This document shows positions 42,001 through 52,792 of a stretch of DNA of 64,000 nt, in pieces. Source of the DNA: Pocillopora damicornis (lineage: Eukaryota); contig NW_020845316.1 in assembly GCF_003704095.1 (NCBI RefSeq), forward strand, positions 310,001-374,000, written 5' to 3'. Both the position numbers and the translations under genes were made by a program. The notes below the pieces were generated by a model. It saw only the letters and a list, made by a program, of their open reading frames with translations, searched no databases and had not been told where the DNA came from. Each line of letters opens with the position of its first letter. The first letter of the stretch is position 1.

Positions 42001-45000
42001 AGCTTGCTGCGGCTTGATTCCTCACAGAGGACTGGGAAGTTTTCTTTTTACCTCAGTCACGCTTGTAAAAAATTTACATTTCCTTCTGTAGGCAATGACA
42101 GGGATATGATTTAACCATCTTTCTTCTGTAATGTTTACAGCTTCTACGGACCTTACAGTCGCATTTCTTGGGCACTTGTCACCAGCCAGACTTCACTAAA
42201 TTGTCTCAAAAGGAACCAGTACGAAGTCAGATGCAGTGTTTGTTAGAGTCATTCAGAGGAACAGCTTTGGCGGCAAATCGACACAATGCGAACACGCTGT
42301 TTAACTACCTCCTCCCTGTACTCTCAAACTGCGTGCCACTGGTGAATGTGTATCAGAATTGTCCCGAAGTAGTTTTTCTGGTTCTTGAATTGTTTGTGGA
42401 TGTAGTCGACTCTCAGATTGCCTATATTGAGGAGGTGAGTTTGTTCAGTTAACTGTTCTTCTTGTTGATATGCATAAGCTCTCAATATGTCGATACTCAA
42501 GTCCCCTTCGTGAGAGCATGATAACCGAGCCTGATAACTGAGCTGACCCCTGAAAGGAAACGGAAACGGCTTAGTTACCGAGTTGAACCAGGCGTGATCT
42601 TTTAATTTTCTTTCCTGTAAAGGGGCATGAGGGGTCACCTGGGAAATTTTACAGCTTGGTAAACGTTGCTACTTAAAATACACCAGTATTAGTGTCGTAA
42701 AATACACCAGTAGTAGTCTCTTAAAAGAAATCTGAATTTAAGTAAAGAAAAGAGAAACTAGGTGAGGCCCAAGTGAGCCCGTTTGATCGTACCCCTTATG
42801 AAGAGGTAAAATGATATTAAAAAAGGTATAACGATTGTAGGAAAACTCTCATAAAGAATCTATGAGTTCATGGGTGACATAGCAGAAACTGAGTTCAAAA
42901 CGTTCTTTGTGGATCTTGGCAATGTTTCTTCGTTTAAGGGTTGAGCAAAATCTCTGACGGGTTATGTTGTTCTTTCTGCTATTTTTTTCTGAATTATCTT
43001 TAGCGTGAATTACCAAGACTTTATGAAGTTTGTATGGGGCTTGTACAGACGTATGGGAAATGTAATCTGGGTAAGTACTTTGAAATCTTATTGGAGAACC
43101 TTCAAATGATGTACGGTACTATAGTTAGCTCGCGCGTCATCGTATCTACCCAAGGGTTGCCATGCTTTTATTGACTCTCAAACCGTTCTTTGTAGGAAAA
43201 ATAAGCGAGGAGTCGCTGGCAGAAGAGGAACAACTGAACGATCTTCTTCTTCTGATAAAACTCCTTTCCAGCTTGCTGTCCAAGGATAGCCTCGATTTTG
43301 GCTCTGGTAAGAAACTTGCATCAAGTGTCGCAGTTCTAAAGATTAAAATGATTTCTCGGAAAGCTCGATTTTGGTGTGACTCGAAAGCAGAGAGTTTTCA
43401 CCGTTGACGGAAACTGACGTCAAGAAAGATGTTGGCCATTTTTGTCATTGGGTGACAAAGGAAAAAATCAAGTGTGTAAATAGTATCACGGGTGTAAATA
43501 GTGGTAAATTTTGAGCTTTGTGCATGGTCGAATGAACTAAGATATTTGCTATTTTGGTGAAGAACGTAATACGAAGATAAACATATGAATACCCTAAATG
43601 ATATCAACCACTAAGAGCGTATGGTTCAACTCTTTCTCATAATGGACAACGTTAGGAGTTTGTTCCCTTGTTACTTATCGGTTATAATTTGTCGCCTGGG
43701 GGAGGGGAGGGGGGGGGAGAGAATGTTTGAGGATTTTGGTTTTGTAAGGTTGAAATTTAGCTAATCCCCCCCTCAGGCTCTATGATATTCTCATGGTCCT
43801 ACCCCTCCCTTACTGGCAGTCAATTTTCTATAGTCCCCCCTTGATACTTTGTCGGCCTGCCAACCCCCCTCCGTTCCTTTTGAAAGCCATGTGATCCCTT
43901 TCAAACTCATTCTTTTCCCCCCCCCCCTCCTTAGAGCGTTAATAAAGACTGGTCCCTTAACCCTCTACCCCTGGACATCAGTATCCATATTCTCCATACT
44001 ATTCACTATACATTTCCTAAGATGCTGGCAAAGAGAATTTTCTTAATGATCAAGAGCTGCTTTAGTTGGTTAGTTCCTTTATTCTCCTGACCGTAATGTT
44101 TGATTCAGGGGTGATATGGTAAGGAGAAATTAGATGTTAGTCACTCTTAGGAGTTAAAGGGTTAAGGCTTCCAAATATAGCGCTATAGTAAATGATTCAA
44201 ACCGTCTTTGTTTTATCAATAGGTGAAGATCAGAAAGTGACACCATCTGACGTGGCGTTCTATGGTCTTCATGTTATCATACCTCTTATGTCCCCAGAGG
44301 TTCTCAAAGTAAGCTCCTCTGCTTTTGCGATTTCCCACTTGTTTTCAGCTCGGGTCTCTTGTGAATTATTCACGCAACTAAGACAGTGGGTTTTAAAGCT
44401 TGCCAATAGCTTGATGGGACCTCGATCAAACGCTGAGGCGTCAACTGAAAGCTGCCAGCGTTTTCTTTGTGTATTGGCAAGTTTGCTCAGGCGTTTGTAT
44501 GAGGCTGGGGTTTAATCAGATAAACGTGAAATAAGATCTGTGTGTAACGGGAGAAGTTATAATTATGTCTTCGAAAAATAATTAAACTCAGTATTTTTTG
44601 GCAAGGTGACTTCACTAAAATCAATCTGTCGGTCTTTCAGTAAAAGTGAGTTGGAAACTCTTGATGAACTTAACTGTTTCAGTTTCCAATGCTGTGTACA
44701 GAGTTTTTTAAGCTGACGACCTACGTGTGCGAAATGTACCCTGAAAAGATGTCAGCTCTGCCAGACGAGTTGTTCAAGAGCCTCATGGCCTCATTAGAAG
44801 TGGGACTGACAAAGTATCCTTATTTACTAGTAGGGTCTTCAAGCCCACTGGTACTCACCTCTGGAGCTCAAACTGGTGTAATTTAGCTTGACGTCGCCTA
44901 GAGTATTGCTGCTTTTTCTGATTTAGATGCTAGTTCACAACTATTTGAGTGTTGTTCCTTGACTGTTTGTTTAGTTACGGCGCTGATGTCACAAAAATGT

Positions 45001-46669
45001 CCTTAGAGGCTCTTTCTTCGTTAGCAACCTACTGCTTTGAAGAGGCACAGAAAAATGTGAGAGTCCCCATTCACGAGGTTCTTCAGCATTTCTTGAAGGT
45101 ATTGAATTACGTTTGCTTTTCTGAGGGTGAAATGGAGTGTTGGTCAGCCTTTACTTAAAATGTGCCGGCACTTGTGATTTAAAAACCTCTAAGATTTAGA
45201 TGCTGGTTATTCTTCCATTTAGCTGCTACTAATACTCTTGTGAATTATTTAACCCGTTAACTCCCAATATCTGATTGTTGTTTCTCCCTTCTAGCTGCTA
45301 CATATTTCCTTGTAAATTTATGACGAGAAGTTGGTGTTAGATCAAGATAACAACTTTTACCTGATAAGTTTCAATATTCTCATTACCTATTTGTTGGATA
45401 ACGTACGGATGTTATAGGGAGAAGTTACGTTTTCATCACTTCCGGGAGTTTAAGAGAAGAGAGTCCTCTGTCATATCAAGATGACGCCCCCCTAGCTGAT
45501 AAGTCCGATAAGTCTCCATCAGTTTGCTTGATGATTCATCGATTTTGTTGAGAAGAATTAGAAGTGAATTTCCACACGAGTGACACGCACACGAGGCGAC
45601 ACGTTACCGTACCCCGTCTTAAATGTTCCAGCATTTTCTTATACTTTTTTATTCGCAGTACTCTCAGTTATTTTCTTCACCCTCTTAGAGCTTATGTCAG
45701 TCAAGTTGTTTTAAACCTTAACAATTTTTCTACAGTGAGTCCTCAATTGTTGTACCTCGTGATGTCATCCGACATTGTGCATCGCAAAAACCGTTGCACA
45801 GCTCCTTCAACTTGTTAGTGTATTAATTAATCCTTGTTTCTGTTTTGGACAGACTCTGTTTGATATGCTTCTTCTAAAGTCATTTGACATGGATTTACTT
45901 CAACCAGCAGCGGAGGCCTTTCTTGCTTTGATTTGTTGTCATCAGGTGATTTTGAAATTCTTTTGGCGTTGACTGTTCTTGACCTTCTTTTCCAGCTTCT
46001 ATTTCAAACAAATTTCATCATGCAGTTGTGCGTTTTATGGCAAGATTTGTCTTTAGAATGTTGTATCTTTACCGCGCGCCGCGGAGGTCCTTTATCTCTC
46101 GCATGTTAACATATCAATGTCGTCAAATCAACAAGGTTTTTTTTTTTTGCTAAATAAAAGGCTTCTTCGCTTTACCAAAAAATTGCGTTATCGCCATGTG
46201 TCAGAATTTTGAAAACGTCTTCAAAGCTGCAGCTTACATTCAGGTGATCCCCTCATTTCATGTTGTGTTTTTAAATGATATCCTCAGTTTGAATATTTCA
46301 TTAAATTGGATGTAACAGAGAGAACCTTTCATGGCCGCTGGATATTGAATTTTTTCTTCTCATAGTAAATCTTTGCTCCGCTTCTCGTGAAAGGTACCAT
46401 CAGCACTCTTAGGTAGGACTCGAGTACCAGTGTCGCTATATCATATCATCTCCATTCTTTTTACTGTTCAGATGTATTATACCGAGTTGGTACGTAACCT
46501 TTTGGCGCAACAGACGGACCGAGTTTTAGGTCAGCGGCTTTTAGACGCCTTCAATCAGCTAACTCCGAGCAACATGAAGTTATCACTGGACAGACTCAAC
46601 AAGATGCAGTTCAGGAAAAGTCTGGACTTGTTTCTCAGGAGTGTCAAAGGTTTTCTTTGCGTCAAGTAG
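33093..46669 (+). CDS. XPO4: Exportin-4; about 1000 aa visible, some N-terminal exons missing in the gap
   Basis: Exons 33093-33137, 33212-33317, [gap], 34589-34745, 35134-35246, 36385-36542, 37577-37751, 38244-38628, 39054-39260, 40091-40469, 41118-41292, 42141-42434, 43004-43070, 43196-43306, 44223-44308, 44683-44813, 44975-45098, 45853-45945 and 46472-46669. Matches recalled human XPO4 motifs ([34 protein letters not shown]-terminal LCVK). Confidence 0.95.
33959..34058. other. Assembly gap (100 N, true size unknown) inside XPO4
   Basis: Run of exactly 100 N. Confidence 1.
34746..35133 (+). other. U12-type AT-AC intron in XPO4
   Basis: 5' site ATATCCTTT, branch site TTTCTTAAC at 35117-35125, terminal AC at 35132-35133. 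Splicing keeps the frame (KFG-HRKKL). Confidence 0.85.
35803..36012. mobile_element. piggyBac-like MITE
   Basis: TTAACCCT...AAAGGGTTAA termini. Confidence 0.75.
36898..37207 (+). repeat. tRNA-derived repeat/SINE unit with a directly repeated B-box flank
   Basis: A-box TGGCTCAGTGG and degenerate B-box gattgattcc. The string ggggactcagaattttt occurs at both ends. A decayed relative lies at about 41890-42065. Confidence 0.65.
38795..39012. repeat. Compound (AGTC)n/(AATC)n microsatellite
   Basis: Degenerate tetranucleotide array. Confidence 0.9.
39856..39986. mobile_element. Short hairpin MITE with a G-rich loop
   Basis: agtctcctttgcagccgtt...cgcaacgc pairs with gcgttgggtg...aacggctgtgaaggaggct. 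Relatives lie at about 26276-26365 and 49080-49162. Confidence 0.7.
43957..44165. mobile_element. piggyBac-like MITE, second subfamily
   Basis: TTAACCCT...AAAGGGTTAA termini. Relatives lie at about 21581-21785, 31087-31320, 37998-38190, 40635-40855, 59208-59410 and 61625-61830. Confidence 0.75.
44814..44974 (+). other. U12-type GT-AG intron in XPO4
   Basis: 5' site GTATCCTT, branch site TTCCTTGAC at 44955-44963, AG at 44973-44974. Confidence 0.85.
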
Positions 46670-48779
46670 AAACTTCCTTGATGAAGTAAAGAAATCGCAG
46701 GTTCCGCATGCCACTAAGCACACCATTTGTAGCAGTTCATAGCACCGACCAGCTTTCTAGTAACCCACTCTTTCGCAACATGGGAAACGAGAAAGAGCTA
46801 GGCAAGAGTTTAGGAAAAATCTGCACAGCCAGTCTATCTTGTCTCTGATGGAAATGTGAAAACTTGGGTATAAGAAAAAAGAGAAGTATTATTTTCGTTC
46901 AGCACCATTGCGTAATACAATTACTCCAAAAAAGAGGAAAGAAAACACGGGTGGCGCAACTAAACCATAGCGTGATGTTTGAAAGCTAAAAAGCCTTCAA
47001 CTAAATTAACCGAAATCCATTATTGTCTTATAAATTTATTCTGAAACATTTTAAAATTACCAAGAGGAAATCTGAACATGTAGAGTCTGATGCACAAGTG
47101 GCGACAATGTAGAGGGTTTTTAAGTTGTAAATATATTTTAGTGACATGATAAAGTCAGCAAACAAGATAAATATATTTTTTATATATATTTTTATTTATT
47201 TTCAAATTGACATTTAACTTAGTGGTAAACAGTGGACAACGCAGGTATCTCTTCGCTGTTGTGATGTCTAAAACGGGCAGAAATATGCGTTTTCCAATTA
47301 TGTTTATGGTCATGTCTCTTGATTACCCTTTCACTCCCAAGATCTAATTGTTTATTTTCTCCTTTAGCTGCCGCACATCTCCTTGTAAATTAGTTGTGAG
47401 AATTTGGTGTTAGATCAAGAAAACAACTTCTACCCGATGAGTTTGAGTATTGTCATTACCTGTTTGCTGGATTATGTATGGGTATTTTTGGGAGAAATGG
47501 CATGCTAATCACTTTTGGGAGTTAACGTTTAAATAATGTGTACATGCTCCACAGTTTGGGTTCCCAAAGATTGCGAAAAGGTACGAATTTTCTCGAAAAC
47601 GTCTCTCATAGATCTGTGTTTGAGCTACCGTTGCAGATTGATAAAATCCTCTTAATTGAGCTGACTTTCTCTAAGGCAAGATATGCATTAGCATTCATTA
47701 TTTTTAGCGAGAAGACACTGTAACTACAAAAAAATGACAAAATTACTTGGCACGCCTTCTTTAAGTGGGTGGTCGACAATCCTCTACTCAACAAAATAAA
47801 CAACAACAAAAAAATCTCGTAGTTCATTTGTAGTAAGCTAATTTTAAAGTCCTCCCTTTGTGCCCAAACAGTGTTGCCTGAAATTAGTGAGCATTTTGTG
47901 AAGACAAGGTAATATTGGGGGAGAGGGGGAGATAAATTGAAGTTAGAGAAAAGAAAGTCAATAAGTAGTAAATTGTGCCAAGACTTTTGCCACTCAAGGT
48001 AGGACGATATGTTGTGTGAAGCACATAAGGTGGTTCTCTCCAACATCCCCAAGTTAACCAAGGTTTTCATGCGCCAGTGTATGCGTATGATCCTTGTAAA
48101 CAAATATTCCGCACTTAGGCCCAAGGTGTAACCTTTGTGTTCTGGTTCAAGCGCGCAGAGCAGAAGAGGGTGGGAGAGAAGAAACTATTCCTGTAGTCTC
48201 TCTGGTAGTGTAGAAGGTCTCCTGGAAGCCTGCCTGAAAGAAGGAACGGACAAATAAGCCAAAGCTCTCACTTTCTAAGCGATGCTAAGCTCAAAATCTG
48301 TTATGTAAAAATGTGTTTTGTACTAATGGGAAAACAGAAAGTTGATTTTTTGTATCAACGGCTTTGTATTTACTCTCGTTTTAGAGTGGAGGCTGTAGGT
48401 AGCTCGTAAAAGGCCAATCAAAATGGAATTGACTGGAAACTAACTTTTAAATTGCAGACATATCTAAGTTTTAACCTTCCCTGTGGTACATCCCAAGCCG
48501 TTAAAATGGAAAAACGAGATCTTGTTTAAAAAGGCAGATGTTAAGTTAAATAAATCGTCTTTCTGTAATAGATCGTCCGGAAGGTTCGACCTTCATTGGG
48601 AAAAACGGAAGTTTCTTCTCGCCGAGTTTCAAGCGGGAGACTTGAGTTTGAATTGCTATTTATTCATGGCTAAAAATGAGAGAGAGAGTGAACGATGGTA
48701 ACCAAGCTTCTTACTCGAGAGTGGACTGACAAACATTTCCAATCCATTGTAATTTCGCAAAGGCAGGAGTCTTCTCTCT

Positions 48780-48789
48780 NNNNNNNNNN
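48780..48789. other. Assembly gap (10 N)
   Basis: Run of N. Confidence 1.
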
Positions 48790-49571
48790 ACAACATCGCT
48801 CCAAAGAACTTTTTCCAAACGATTAATTTCCTTCTGTAAGACTTGTTTAGCTCTCTATTTTTAAGCACTCAAAGCAGAGTTTTTGTTCTACTGCAAAAGA
48901 CATTAACAACAATAAGTGCGTACTACAGTCTACATTGTTTCTCATGATTGGTCGACTTAATAAACGAAACTGGACCAATTTCTGAAGAATCGTAAAACAT
49001 CTAGTTTTCAAGCATCGACAGTGCAGTGCTACAGTGGAACCTTAATGGCTAGTACACTCGTCATTCGAATGCTCATTCGTAGCCCTCATTTGGTCTCGTG
49101 ACGTGACACCCCCTCTAATTCTCCTCCGCAAGAGGACTAAACTACGGCTGCATAGGACACTAGATTACATGGTTTGCTTTTTAGTCCCTCTCGAATGAGG
49201 ACTCTAAAATAAAACACTGTTTCCCTAAAACGAATAAATGGATTAAGAAAATATTTCCCGTAAGAGAATCGACTGTAAAAGGTACGTCTAAGCTACTGAT
49301 GTGACGACAAGAATTTGCGGTAAGAAGAGTTATTGCACACACGGCAACATTCAGTTTTTGCAAGCAGTTAAGTTAACTTGGGGAGCAACAATATTACGAC
49401 TCGTTGAATTCACGCAAGTAAGCTTTTCTCTCAGGTATATGTGGCTAAGAAAAATCTGCGTTCAGAGTCTAAAACGACGCAAAAGAATAGCTCCTCCGAT
49501 TTGCCTCTTTCTCAAAGTTTAACAGGTTTACGAGCCTCCAATGAAATAGAGAGTCAATGAAAACAGCTGTT

Positions 49572-52157
49572 TTAAGATAGATACGTACGAATCTTCTCTA
49601 TTATCGGTCCGCGGCACATAGGACAGAAGTCCATTCCACGTGCACAATCAGGACAGCAGCTCAAATGGCCGCAGGGCAAAAACACCATTCCCACTTCAGC
49701 GTCCATGCAGATCTTGCATGTGCGTTCTTCTTGCATTCGCTCCAGCTTCTCCTCAAGCGACTCTTCAGTATCCGATGATCCTGATGCAGGCGCACTAAGG
49801 GTTCTTCGCAGATTGTCCCTACGAGGAACTGGAGTAGTGGGAGACGTCACAGCACTCAAACAGTTCTTCTTTCGGAGATCTTCATCCTCTCGAGGACTGG
49901 GTTGTCTCTCGGGAATGTTGAGATGGGGACGAGGAGGCCGCTCTTCACCTTCTTGTGGCGTTAGCTGCGCACAGGATCCAAAGGTGGGTGCTCCTGCCAG
50001 CTGCCTCTCTAGGAGAGCGGAAACGAGCTCAGTAAACGTGCTGAAATTGGATCCTGTGGATCCAATTTTAGCAGCAACTGCCTCTTGTATGTCACGCTGA
50101 GTGAACCCCATCTCCCCTAGTTTCTCCATGTCAAGTTCCATGGCAGTGCTTCCCCTGGGAGAACAAGACCGTGGTTCCTGCGTTACTTCGTTGGGTGCTC
50201 TTGAACTTGATCCTCCAGTAAATCGAGTCTGACTCTCATTGGTCATGTAACTTTCATGCGATGACGTAGTGACTGTTTGATTATGCCACTGTGAATAACG
50301 CTGTTCCGTTGAAGGATTCCACCCATTGGCTGAGTTAGGCATGGTGCATGCTGGGTACTTCTCAGAGGTATTCCAAGTTCCCTGAAGGGGCGATGTGTTA
50401 CCACTTCTAATCGGCGTATGTAGATCTTGTCCGCTCTGACTCTGTCCAGGGCGCCAACTCGGACGTTCATTTTGCACCGAAGGAACACGTTGTACAGCAT
50501 GTTCGGCTGGAGTGCTTGGAGTAGGTGCCTGAGGACGCTCTCTTAAGTGCTCTAGTACTAAAGGACACTGCGTAGACCACTTCTGATGCTCCCCCCAAGG
50601 AGTGTCACTGGGTTCCCAGTTGTGCAGCATGATGCCGCATTTGAAGCACTTGACGGAATCGCCAGTACCCAAGTAATAGAACCCGGCAGCCGAAAGATCC
50701 CACGGACGAATATGGTGATTATGCGGCCAATCCACATATGTCGTCAGACGATGATGCTCATTAGACAAGTCAGATGGTGACGACACATGGCGAGCGTATT
50801 CCTGTCTTATCAAAGGCAGCTCTTCAGTCTGGAGGCTGGGGTCTTTGACTGGAAAAGCTGGATAATACCCTTGGGATTGCCTTCTTGAGCCAGGAACATT
50901 TCGACCCGGCGGAAACTGCTGCCAGTTACAGGGTGGTTGAGTGGGTCTTGCCTCGACAATATCGTTTTCAGATTTGCTCGGGTTCTTTTCACTTGGGTTT
51001 CCTTTATGGAACTTCACCGGACTTTCGTTCGTTACACTTTCTGAACGCTGATACCCAGTTTGATTTGGAAACGTTCCAGAATAGCTTGGTGGATAAGATA
51101 TGACGGACTGTTTAAACTGGTTCGTGCCTGATCTTTGCTCTTCCGAAATGTACCGGTAAGGGTCTCTGGGAAAAGGATGTGAACCTGTGAAGTTCGTCTC
51201 CGTCGATGGTGGCACTCGGCCTGTCCGTTGAGGCCCTGGGTATACTTGTCTCAAATCTCTCTCAGTCCTAATCTGCGGGTGGAAGCCATGCTCTCCTTTT
51301 TGTATGTTAAGTTCGTCCTCTGGGTTAAGCTGGTAGACAGCCGGTCCCACAATGTGAATCTGATTGGCTCCCTGTCTCACCACAACATGCTGATTTCTTT
51401 CTGTAGCGGTTTGCTCGTGCTCTGGACAGCGTTGAAAATCAACAGGCATGGGATCTTTTCCGAGAAACTCTTGTGGTCTTCTTCTAAGATCATAATAATC
51501 CTGCGGGACACCGGTTCGAGTTTCCACAGGGTAATGCAGCTCCTGGGTATCAAACATACTCCCGTGTGTAACATACTGTGGCCTTTCGGGATATATCAAC
51601 CTCTCACGATTCACTGGGGGATCTCTTTCGGTAAGATACACATGATCTCCATATCTTGCGTGCGTTACTGTTGGAAACGGTGGATGGACTGGTTCTCGAA
51701 CACCTGTTGAAGCTTCTACAGGGTTACAAGTTACTACGTGACCGTTCAAATTTTCACCTTCTTTAATAAAAGGGCAGGAAGGCCGAAGTCGTTTGTGTTC
51801 CATCCACGGATCATCTCCTACGTTCCACTGCCGTAAATGCAAATTACACCTGAAACACGCAACTCGATCGTCTAAATTGACACTATAGAACCCGGCTGCG
51901 GCCAAATCGGTGGGTTTTACAGGGCTGCTGGATGGCCATCGTGTAAAGGTTTCTAATCTTTTTTTATAGCTGACCAAATTCGGTTGTTGATTAAGCATTT
52001 CAGATATGTTGGCATTGTTTATGTGCTGCGAATTCTCTTCGAACCCATTAAAGCTGTTGCCTCGATCACTAAATTCAGCAGAACTGTAAGACATTTGTGA
52101 ATTCATGCTTTCCGCTTCCATTGACGGCAAGTCTTGAGTCTCTTGTCGCTTCTGCAT
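49572..52157 (-). CDS. Inhibitor of apoptosis (BIRC/IAP): two BIR, UBA-like and RING domains, single exon, 861 aa
   Basis: BIR1 RLETF..WP..LAAAGFY..CFRC..W..DDPWMEH..C. BIR2 RLTTY.DWP..AAGFYY.G.GDSVKCFKC..WEPSD.PWGEH.KW..C. UBA-like EMGF..QEAV..GSNF..ELVSALL. RING CKICMD..FLPCGH..C..C..CPMCR..TYLS. Confidence 0.95.
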   Translation of the reverse strand: MQKRQETQDLPSMEAESMNSQMSYSSAEFSDRGNSFNGFEENSQHINNANISEMLNQQPNLVSYKKRLETFTRWPSSSPVKPTDLAAAGFYSVNLDDRVACFRCNLHLRQWNVGDDPWMEHKRLRPSCPFIKEGENLNGHVVTCNPVEASTGVREPVHPPFPTVTHARYGDHVYLTERDPPVNRERLIYPERPQYVTHGSMFDTQELHYPVETRTGVPQDYYDLRRRPQEFLGKDPMPVDFQRCPEHEQTATERNQHVVVRQGANQIHIVGPAVYQLNPEDELNIQKGEHGFHPQIRTERDLRQVYPGPQRTGRVPPSTETNFTGSHPFPRDPYRYISEEQRSGTNQFKQSVISYPPSYSGTFPNQTGYQRSESVTNESPVKFHKGNPSEKNPSKSENDIVEARPTQPPCNWQQFPPGRNVPGSRRQSQGYYPAFPVKDPSLQTEELPLIRQEYARHVSSPSDLSNEHHRLTTYVDWPHNHHIRPWDLSAAGFYYLGTGDSVKCFKCGIMLHNWEPSDTPWGEHQKWSTQCPLVLEHLRERPQAPTPSTPAEHAVQRVPSVQNERPSWRPGQSQSGQDLHTPIRSGNTSPLQGTWNTSEKYPACTMPNSANGWNPSTEQRYSQWHNQTVTTSSHESYMTNESQTRFTGGSSSRAPNEVTQEPRSCSPRGSTAMELDMEKLGEMGFTQRDIQEAVAAKIGSTGSNFSTFTELVSALLERQLAGAPTFGSCAQLTPQEGEERPPRPHLNIPERQPSPREDEDLRKKNCLSAVTSPTTPVPRRDNLRRTLSAPASGSSDTEESLEEKLERMQEERTCKICMDAEVGMVFLPCGHLSCCPDCARGMDFCPMCRGPIIEKIRTYLS

Positions 52158-52792
52158 ATTTCTTTACTACAGAAACTCTCTATCCGAGCGGACAGTCTTT
52201 GTAGATCTCGATTACGGCACAGAGTAATGCACGAGGAAAATCGGTTCCCGTGGGTTGACTTCCCGTCTTGCCAATTGATATGACGATTGTAGAAAGTTGC
52301 TATTGTATTTCAAAGCTTTTTAAGAATGCATTGGAAACTTCCCATGAACTGTTTTGTGTCCAACTCGAAGCAAACGCCACCAAAAGATCCTCTGTTTTGT
52401 ATTTACGCTAAAACCAAGCTGAGAGCACGGTGAAAGATGCTATTTTCGTCGACTTCCGCTCTTGTTCTAAGAAGTCTGCATGTTTTCAAAACATTTCTTT
52501 AGTACGCATGCTGGATGATCTACATAATCATATAATATTGCGGGCTCTAGAAATATTGAGGAGGCCTGGTTGCAAACACCTTACATAGAAGATGGCGTCC
52601 GAGGAAAAGAAATCTGGTGAAGAAAGGTTGGTTAAAACGACAGAGACTAAAGACACGAAGAAACACCGGGGAATTCCAGAGGCACTCTTTCTGGTGAGCA
52701 TTTACCTCTTCATAATCATGCCCTCCATTTTTGATGATAATGCGAGTCGCACGTACCGGGAAATTCCCTCCATTAGCGCCCAGGGAATTTTC
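52158..52792. promoter_or_regulatory. Shared IAP/VBP1 promoter region with kB-like sites
   Basis: Divergent ATGs are 435 bp apart. Sites: GGAAACTTCCC 52333-52343, GGGGAATTCC 52668-52677, GGGAAATTCCC 52758-52768, GGGAATTTTC 52783-52792. Confidence 0.55.

Noticed and set aside
47606-48124. 172-aa minus-strand ORF
   Set aside because: Non-ATG start, AT-rich composition and no recognisable domain; it lies between two convergent 3' ends.
49705-51710. Plus-strand ORFs of 64-160 aa
   Set aside because: They are antisense shadows of the IAP coding exon with no independent motifs.
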